A DNA stretch of 64,000 nucleotides from Macrostomum lignano (Eukaryota). The position numbers were made by a program, and so were the translations under genes. Shown piece after piece: positions 56,620-64,000 of the stretch (within the stretch, counting starts at the first letter, position 1; every line of letters starts with the position of its first letter). The DNA is taken from NCBI GenBank assembly GCA_002269645.1, contig NIVC01003239.1:1-64000 (forward strand), read 5' to 3'. The notes beneath the pieces are model-generated. The model had not been told where the DNA came from and searched no databases. It worked only from the letters and a program-made list of their open reading frames with translations.

Positions 56620-58900
56620 ATGAACAAATTTGCTTTTACTTGCATGCAGTTTGTTTGCAGCTCGCAAGTTGCGGGAGTTGCTAGCCGAGCAGCAATTCAA
56701 CTAGCCACATTTACCATCGCCACTGCTGTGTCGGCCTCCGCCTTCTCTTCGACCTCGACTCCAGTCAGCTGCTTCGACTCCGCCATGCTGGTGTCGCCTG
56801 ACAAGGCTTTGCCGGGCCGCGCAACCCCCATGCGCGTCTCTAACGTCCACGCCGTGCTGAAGGGCAACAGCGCTGTGCCGCCGTTTCCGCCTGACACACT
56901 CAGCATCGTGTTCGGCCTCGGCTGCTACTGGGGCGCAGAGCGCCTGTTCTGGCGCATGAAGGGCGTTTATTCTACGCAGGTGATTGACAGAATCCAATAA
57001 TTCAATAGCAATATTACAATATTGTTAACCGGGAAGCCCGCGTGAATGCTTGCCCTGTTTATTTCAATGTCCTTTCCGCAGTCTTTGTGCTTATCAACAG
57101 GTAGTTGTACCAATCAGTGCACCCTCTCTCTGCCTCCAAGATCTTTGTGTCTGTCAGCTGGCCCTGCACACCGCAGCCTCTCCTGGGTCTTTGTGTCTGT
57201 CAGCTGGCCCTGCACACCACAGCCTCTCCTGGGTCTTTGTGTCTGTCAGCTGGCCCTGCACACCACAGCCTCTCCTGGGTCTTTGTGTCTGTCAGCTGGC
57301 CCAGCACACCGCAGCCACTCCTGGGTCTTTGTGTCTGTCAGCTGGCCCAGCACACCGCAGCTTCTCCTGGGTCTTTGTGTCTGTCAGCTGGCCCAGCACA
57401 CCGCAGCTTCTCCTGGGTCTTTGTGTGTCAGCTGGCCCAGCACACCGCAGCTTCTCCTGGGTCTTTGTGTGTCAGCTGGCCCAGCACACCGCAGCCTCTC
57501 CTGGGTCTTTGTGTCTGTCAGCTGGCCCAGCACACCGCAGCCACTCCTGGGTCTTTGTGTCTGTCAGCTGGCCCAGCACACCGCAGCTTCTCCTGGGTCT
57601 TTGTGTGTCAGCTGGCCCAGCACACCGCAGCCTCTCCTGGGTCTTTGTGTGTCAGCTGGCCCAGCACACCGCAGCTTCTCCTGGGTCTTTGTGTGTCAGC
57701 TGGCCCAGCACACCGCAGCCTCTTCTGGGTCTTTGTGTCTGTCAGCTGGCGTAGCACACCGCAGCTTCTCCTGGGTCTTTGTGTCTGTCAGCTGGCCCAG
57801 CACACCGCAGCCTCTCCTGGGTCTTTGTGTCTGTCAGCTGGCCCAGCACACCGCAGCCTCTCCTGGGTCTTTGTGTCGGGCGTCTGGCCTAGCACACTAT
57901 GTTCACAACTCTTTCCTGAGTCTATCAGTCACTGAGTCTTCACTTCTCTGCTCGCGCCCCCTCACAACTCCGCAGGTGGGATTCGCTGGCGGCTTCACTC
58001 CCAATCCCACTTATAAGGAGGTGTGCAGCGGCCGCACCGGCCACGCCGAAGTGGTTCGAGTTGTGTACCGGCCCGCCGAGCTTCCGCTGACTGGCCTGCT
58101 CAAGGCCTTCTGGGAGAGCCACGATCCAACTCAGGTGAGCAGCTAATGGGAACGGCGCTGTTTGCTGGTAATTACCTGCTCATGCACTAATGAAGGAAGA
58201 AGGATATATGAAGGATATATGAAGTGTCGGAGATATGAAGTGTCGGAGATATGAAGTGTCGGAGATATGAAGTGTCGGAGATATGAACTGTCGGAGGTAT
58301 GAAATGTCGAATATATGAAGTGTCGGAGATGTGAAGTGTCGGAGATATGATATGTCGAAGATATGAAGTGTCGGAGATATGAAGTGTCGGAGATATGAAG
58401 TGTCGGAGATATGGAGTGTCGGAGATGTGAAGTGTCGGAGATGTGAAGTGTCGGAGATATGAAGTGTCGGAGATATGGAGTGTCGGAGATATGAAGTTTC
58501 GGATATATGGAGTGTCGGTTGGAGTTGGGAAGGATGTTGGGACAGAACTATATTGTCGCGAGAGTCAGACACGTCAACGCTGAGCTGCTCTGCCCCTCCC
58601 CCCAACCAGGGCATGCGGCAGGGCAACGATGTCGGCACGCAATACCGGTCCGCCATCTACTACTCGGCATCGGATTCGGCCGAGGCGCAGCTGGTTGCTG
58701 AGTCGGCCAGAGCTTACTCCGAGGCTTTGGTAGCCAAGGCTAAACTGCCGCCCGGCGGCTCTGTGACCACCGAGATTGCGCCGCTGAAGGAGTTCTATTA
58801 TGCCGAGGACGAGCACCAGCAGTACCTGCACAAGCATCCCGACGGCTACTGCGGACTGCGAGGCACCGGGGTGGCCTGCCCAGCGCTGCCCGGAAAATAG
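56620..58900 (+). CDS. MSRA: Peptide methionine sulfoxide reductase A (3 exons: 56620-56979, 57976-58134, 58610-58900)
   Basis: [20 protein letters not shown]...[64 protein letters not shown]. All introns phase 0. Start codon uncertain (56620, 56644 or 56785). Confidence 0.95.
57140..57875. repeat. 44/46-bp minisatellite (MsrA intron 1)
   Basis: ctgggtctttgtgt(ct)gtcagctggcccagcacaccgcagcctctc, about 16 copies. Confidence 0.95.
58205..58515. repeat. 16-bp minisatellite gatatgaagtgtcgga (MsrA intron 2)
   Basis: Seen directly. Confidence 0.95.
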
Positions 58901-59057
58901 AACTGACTGGTTACTCTTGGCTGCGGCCTGATATTCAGAATTGAACCATATGAGTAATTAGGAGTCCTGATCTTGCTGATTTTATCTTGTTGGGAAGGAA
59001 GAACTTGATGACTGCCAACAAATTCTACGTGATCTATAATCCCATTCTCGAATAATC

Positions 59058-59985
59058 TGAATCCCATCCTCAGATATCTAGAATCCCATCCTCAGATATC
59101 TAGAATCCCATCCTCAGATATCTAGAATCCCATCCTCAGATATCTAGAATCCCATCCTCAGATATCTAGAATCCCGTGCTCAGATATCTAGAATCCCATC
59201 CTCAGATATCTAGAATCCCATCCTCAGATATCTAGAATCCCATCCTCAGATATCTAGAATCCCATCCTCAGATATCTAGAATCCCATCCTCAGCTATCTA
59301 GAATCCCATCCTCAGATATCCAGAATCCGGTGCTCAGATATCTAGAATCCTGTGCTCAGATATCTAGAATCCCGTGCTCAGATATCTAGAATCCTATCCT
59401 CAAATATCTGAAATACCATCCTCAGATGTCTAGACTCCCATTTTCAGATATCTAGAATCCCGTCCTCAGATATCTAGAATCCCATCCTCAGATATCTAGA
59501 ATCCCATCCTCAGATATCTAGAATCCCATCCTCAGATATCTAGAATCCCGTGCTGAGATATCTAGAATCCCGTGCTCAGATATCTAGAATTCCATCCTCA
59601 AATATCTAGAATCCCATCCTCAGATATCTAGAATTCCATCCTCAGATATCTAGAATCCCATCCTCAGATATCTAGAATCCCGTGCTGAGATATCTAGAAT
59701 CCCGTGCTCAGATATCTAGAATTCCATCCTCAAATATCTAGAATCCCATCCTCAGATATCTAAAATCCCATCCTCAGATATCTAGAATCCCATCCTCAGA
59801 TATCTAAAATCCCGTGCTCAGATATCTAGAATCCCATCCTCAGATATCTAGAATCCCATCCTCAAATATCTAGAATCCCATTTTCAGATATCTCGAATCC
59901 CATCCTAAAAATCTAGAATCTCATCCTCAGATATCTAGAATCCCATTTTCAGATGTCTTGAATCCCATCCTAGAACGACTAGAAT
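59058..59985. repeat. 22-bp minisatellite aatcccatcctcagatatctag downstream of MsrA
   Basis: About 42 copies, each with overlapping palindromes agatatct and tctaga. Confidence 0.95.
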
Positions 59986-60444
59986 CCCAACCCCGATTTC
60001 GCTACATCACAATGATGATCTCTAACAATCGTGATCGATACTCTTAAACTTTTTTGATCAGAAGGACGAATTAATTATTTATTGGAACATATTTTTCGCG
60101 CTCTAAATCTGTTAATTGTTTTAACTATAAATTTTATTGGGTTCAAATATACGCGAATCCAGTACTAACTAGTAGTATTGACAAATTTCTCACACAGCAC
60201 ACTGCGTCATGGCATGCTTGATTATCTATTGTCCATTTTTTTTATATTTTCACGCTTTCACCTTCAGCTGTGTTTTTAATGCAACAAAATAATAGAAAAG
60301 CAAAGTTGAATTCAATTAAACTGTAGGGTACTGAAGTTAAGTTCATGTGGCTAAGGCACGGAGTTAGTGCGCGTGCACTTAATATTTATAGATGCATATA
60401 CATATGCATGTACGAGTATGACTTGTGCGAGCAGAGTGGCTATG

Positions 60445-60680
60445 CAAAAAATCTCACAAATCTCATCATAATCTCATAAATCTCAAAATAATCTCACGAA
60501 CCTCATTGTAATCTCATCATAACCTCACAAATCTCAGTATAATCTTACAAATCTCATCATAATCTCACAAATCTCATCATAATTTAACAAATTTCATCTT
60601 AATCTCAAATCTATCTATAATTTCACAAAACTCATGAAAATCTCAGGAATCTCACCACAATCTCAAGAATCACATTAAGA
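60445..60680. repeat. Degenerate aatctcac/aatctcat repeat
   Basis: Seen directly. Confidence 0.8.
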
Positions 60681-60732
60681 TTTGACTATTCTCTTTGAGT
60701 ACAATCTCAACAGACTCCTCTCATCCCCATCG

Positions 60733-63206
60733 CTAGTCCCTGGTCTTCTTGCCGGTGGAGCCGGCAGTCCTCAGGCGGCCCCTCAGCCGCTCGTTCTCCT
60801 CGCGCAGCGCCGCCACCTCCCGTTTGACGGCGACGAATTCGCGAAAATTCGCGTCGCCAGACTCGCGCGCCGTTGCCGCCTGCTGCTTTGGCGCCTGCGC
60901 CAGCGGCGCCGGCTGTTGTTGGCGCTTTGCGGCCAGCCGCAGCGCCTCAATTTCGGCCTCCAGTGCCCCGTTCTCCGCAGCCAGGCGCGATTCTTGGGCG
61001 CGTGCCTCTGCCAGCCGGCGCTCCGAGTCGGCCAGCCGGAGTTCCAGCCGCTCGGCTCGCTGGCGCAGCTCCTCCAGCTCGCGCTGGCAGTCCTCCAGCT
61101 GGCGCTGCCGCTCCGCCTCAGCCTGGCTGTCGGCGTCGCGGTCGCGCGCCAGCTGGTCGAGCCGAAGGCGCAGCTCGGCGCATTTCTGGCGCTCCGCGCT
61201 GAGCTCGTGTTGAGCGGCCTGTTTTTTGGGGCACAGTGGGTGTGCTATGGATTGCTTTGTTAAGCCTTTTAGCGCCACAGGACCTAGGTTCGAATCCGCG
61301 ACCCTAGTGCTGGCGCCCCTGGTGCTGGCGCCCCTGGTGCTGGCGCCCCTGGTGCTGGCGCCCCTGGTGCTGGCGCCCCTGGTGCTGGCGCCCCTGGTGC
61401 TGGCGCCCCTGGTGCTGGCGCCCCTGGTGCTGGCGCCCCTGGTGCTGGCGCCCCTGGTGCTGGCGCCCCTGGTGCTGGCGCCCCTGGTGCTGGCGCCCCT
61501 GGTGCTGGCGCCCCTGGTGCTGGCGCCCCTGGTGCTGGCGCCCCTGGTGCTGGCGCCCCTGGTGCTGGCGCCCCTGGTGCTGGCGCCCCTGGTGCTGGCG
61601 CCCCTGGTGCTGGCGCCCCTGGTGCTGGCGCCCCTGGTGCTGACGCCCCTGGTGCTGACGCCCCTGGTGCTGGCGCCCCTGGTGCTAAAGCCCCTGGTGC
61701 TAAAGCCCCTGGTGCTAAAGCCCCTGGTGCTAAAGCCCCTGGTGCTAAAGCTCCTGCGGGTGCTAAAGCCCCTGGTGCTAAATCCCCTGGTGCTAAAGCT
61801 CCTGCAGGTGCTAAAGCCCCTGGTGCTAAATCCCCTGGTGCTAAAGCTCCTTCAGGTGCTAAAGCTCCTGGTGCTAAATCCCCTGGTGCTAAAGCTCCTG
61901 CAGGTGCTAAAGCCCCTGGTGCTAAAGCCCCTGGTGCTAAAGCTCCTGGTGCTAAATCCCCTGGTGCTAAATCCCCTGGTGCTAAATCCCCTGGTGCTTA
62001 AGCTCCTGCGGGTGCTAAAGCCCCTGGTGCTAAATCCCCTGGTGCTAAATCCCCTGGTGCTAAAGCTCCTGCAGGTGCTAAATCCCCTGGTGCTAAAGCT
62101 CCTGCAGGTGCTAAAGCCCTTGGTGCTAAATCCATAACAGGGTTAGAAAACACTCATTGGGGGAGTCAGGGCTCGAGTGTATCCGATTGAGTGTGCGCAC
62201 TCAGGCGTCAGCGGAATAGGCCTGACTGCATGTGTACATGTGAAAATTAATTACAGACTGATTGATTTGCAGTCTCTCACCTCCTCCTCGCGTCGGCGCT
62301 CCTCTGCCGCCGTCAGCGACCGCCTGGCTGCGTCCCGCTCCTTGACTGCCGCAGCCACTGCCGCCTCCAGCGACGTCGCTCGCTCCGCCTCCGCTGTCAG
62401 CGCCTCGGCCTGTTGACCAACCCGAGCCTCCAGCTGGGCCGCCAGCTCGTCCCGGTCGCGCAACGCCATCTGCAACTTGAGCAGCTCGGCCTGCTCCTGC
62501 TGCCTGGCCGAGTACCAGGTCCGCTCCGCCTCCGCCCGATCGTGCAGCAGCGCCGCCACCTCGCGCTCGTGCTGCTTGGCCAGTCGCTTGGCCACCTCGT
62601 CCACTCGCTGGTTGCACAGATCCTGTCGGGAGGGTTCGAGAGGACAGCTCAGAGTATGAGTAGGGAGTGGTGATGCCTGAGTGATGTTCGATTGCTGCCC
62701 AATCTAACCATCAGAAACCTCCTTGAAACAATGAGAACCCTCCGGACCCTGAGAACCGTCCGGACTCTGAGAACCCTCCGGACCCTGGGAACCCTCCGGA
62801 CCCTGAGAACCTTCCAGACCCTGAGAACCCTCCGGACTCTGAGAACCCTTCAGACCCTGAGAACCCTCCAGACCCTGAGACCCCTTTGAGAACTTTAAAA
62901 CCTTGAGACCTGCATTTTCACCTGCATTTCCTTAAGCCGCTGCTGCGTTTCGTCCTCCATCTGCTGGCTGCTTTTGTGCTGTGCGCCTCCGCCAGCCGCT
63001 TCTTCCGTCTTAGTCGCCGCCAGCAGCTGCTCTTCGAGTGTCTGCACCGCCGCCTTCAGCTCGCGATTCTGCCGCACAATCTCCTGAGCAAACTCCAGCG
63101 TCTCCAGGTGTCGCCTTGTCAGTCGCTCGTCGATGTCTGAGGCGGCGGCGGCCTCCGCTGCTGGTCTGCGACCGCCGCGCGCGTCCGTGTTGTAGCAGTT
63201 CTGCAT
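60733..63206 (-). CDS. Coiled-coil protein, unassigned (exons 63206-62922, 62622-62281, 61218-60733; ~370 aa; may have further upstream exons)
   Basis: Three GC-rich heptad-rich ORF segments joined by phase-0 GT-AG introns. TAG stop at 60733-60735. An acag acceptor lies 1 nt before the ATG at 63206. Confidence 0.8.
61300..62135. repeat. 15-bp minisatellite ggtgctggcgcccct switching to ggtgctaaagcccct variants
   Basis: Intronic array with a polar change of variant around 61680. Confidence 0.95.
62720..62890. repeat. 18-bp minisatellite gagaaccctccggaccct
   Basis: Intronic; seen directly. Confidence 0.9.
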
Positions 63207-63858
63207 CCTGTCAGGCCGCGACCGCCCCCGCCTGCCTCAACTTTCTCCCTTCTTTTCCTCCCTAATCCTTAGATGAGGGGATCAGCGGACTGGGGAGTTG
63301 CGAGGCGATTTGTCCGCCAAGTCTGTCTGCTGATCCGCTGGGCTCTCCTCCTTCCACTTGACTGGAGCGGCGAGACAAAAAAGCCCAGAGGAGACGCCGT
63401 CGGGGTGGAGAGTCAGACAGACAGACAGAGCCTGACATAAGGCGTGTCAGCCCCCACCCACCAACCACCGCAGGGAGACATTGTGTTTAGATGGACGCAC
63501 AAGTATGCTTGCAGGGGTGGTCTCATGGAATTGAGCAAAACAGATGAAGCCAGAAGTCTAACCTGGAGTCTCTCAGGTGCGCAGCCTTATCTGCGTACAC
63601 CGCTGTCTGGGGTAGCGGGGGGAGGAGGGTGAGGTGTGTAGCAGAGTAGAAGAAGAGAGTGAGAGAGTACTGCGCCCCAGCGCGCATTGCACTGTTGCTA
63701 TGAGCAACCGGAGAGGGGAGGCGGCTGTTAGAAAGAGAGCGCCGACTTCATTCTCCAGTAGAGCAGTCTCAGATCGGTTTAAGCATTGTCTCAATAAAGT
63801 TTTTCCAGCTAAAATATCCCACTATTAGCTATAGCCGCATTTGCCAACGAGCTCAGCC

Positions 63859-64000
63859 ATGCCTAAAGGCAAAAAAGGCGGCGGCAAGAAGGGAAAGAAG
63901 GGCGGCAAAAAGTCCAAGAAGGCCAAGGAACCCGGCATGACGCCAGCTGAGGCCATCTGGGACTACAAGATCAAGCTGCAGGAGCGGGAGCTGGAGGAGA
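63859..64000 (+). CDS. 5' end of a Lys-rich N-terminal coiled-coil protein (CCDC83-like by recollection), truncated by the window edge
   Basis: cagccATG, then MPKGKKGGGKKGKKGGKKSKKAKEPGMTPAEAIWDYKIKLQERELEE, open to the end of the window. Confidence 0.75.
   Translation, partial: MPKGKKGGGKKGKKGGKKSKKAKEPGMTPAEAIWDYKIKLQERELEE

Noticed and set aside
56900-56930. Selenocysteine-containing MsrA
   Set aside because: The catalytic codon is TGC (Cys), not TGA.
57046-57935. Long ORFs between MsrA exons
   Set aside because: They translate the 44/46-bp intronic minisatellite.
61226-62137. 303-aa (PLVLA)n ORF
   Set aside because: A 15-bp array inside an intron of the opposite-strand gene.

Overview
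Eukaryotic (invertebrate animal) genomic DNA with GT-AG introns, TTAGGG repeats and GC-rich exons. The style resembles the flatworm Macrostomum, but that is inference only. The window has two parts. (1) About 1.2-16.1 kb is an AT-rich, gene-free cluster of decayed transposons: two mariner-type elements, a hAT-like MITE, a Helitron-like element, a Ty1/copia LTR element nested in a MITE, and a young Merlin derivative. Paired repeats there differ almost only by C>T changes at CpG and also at CpA. (2) About 16.4-64 kb is CpG-rich and gene-bearing: an intronless LIM-type zinc-finger gene (-), an orphan single-TM ORF (+), a 24-exon phospholipase C-beta gene (22737-53638, about 1261 aa), a 3-exon MsrA gene, a coiled-coil gene (-) and the start of a divergent Lys-rich coiled-coil gene (+). 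Most larger introns hold their own tandem repeat. PLCB intron 20 contains a 10.5-kb inverted-repeat-bounded element with a 7.7-kb satellite whose ~238-bp monomer begins with a copy of the element's terminal motif. Intron 21 is almost pure (CTAT)n, about 2 kb. The two strongest leads are the RIP-like CpG+CpA decay restricted to the TE cluster and the satellite-carrying element. All coordinates, alignments and counts were read by eye; no database searches were run.
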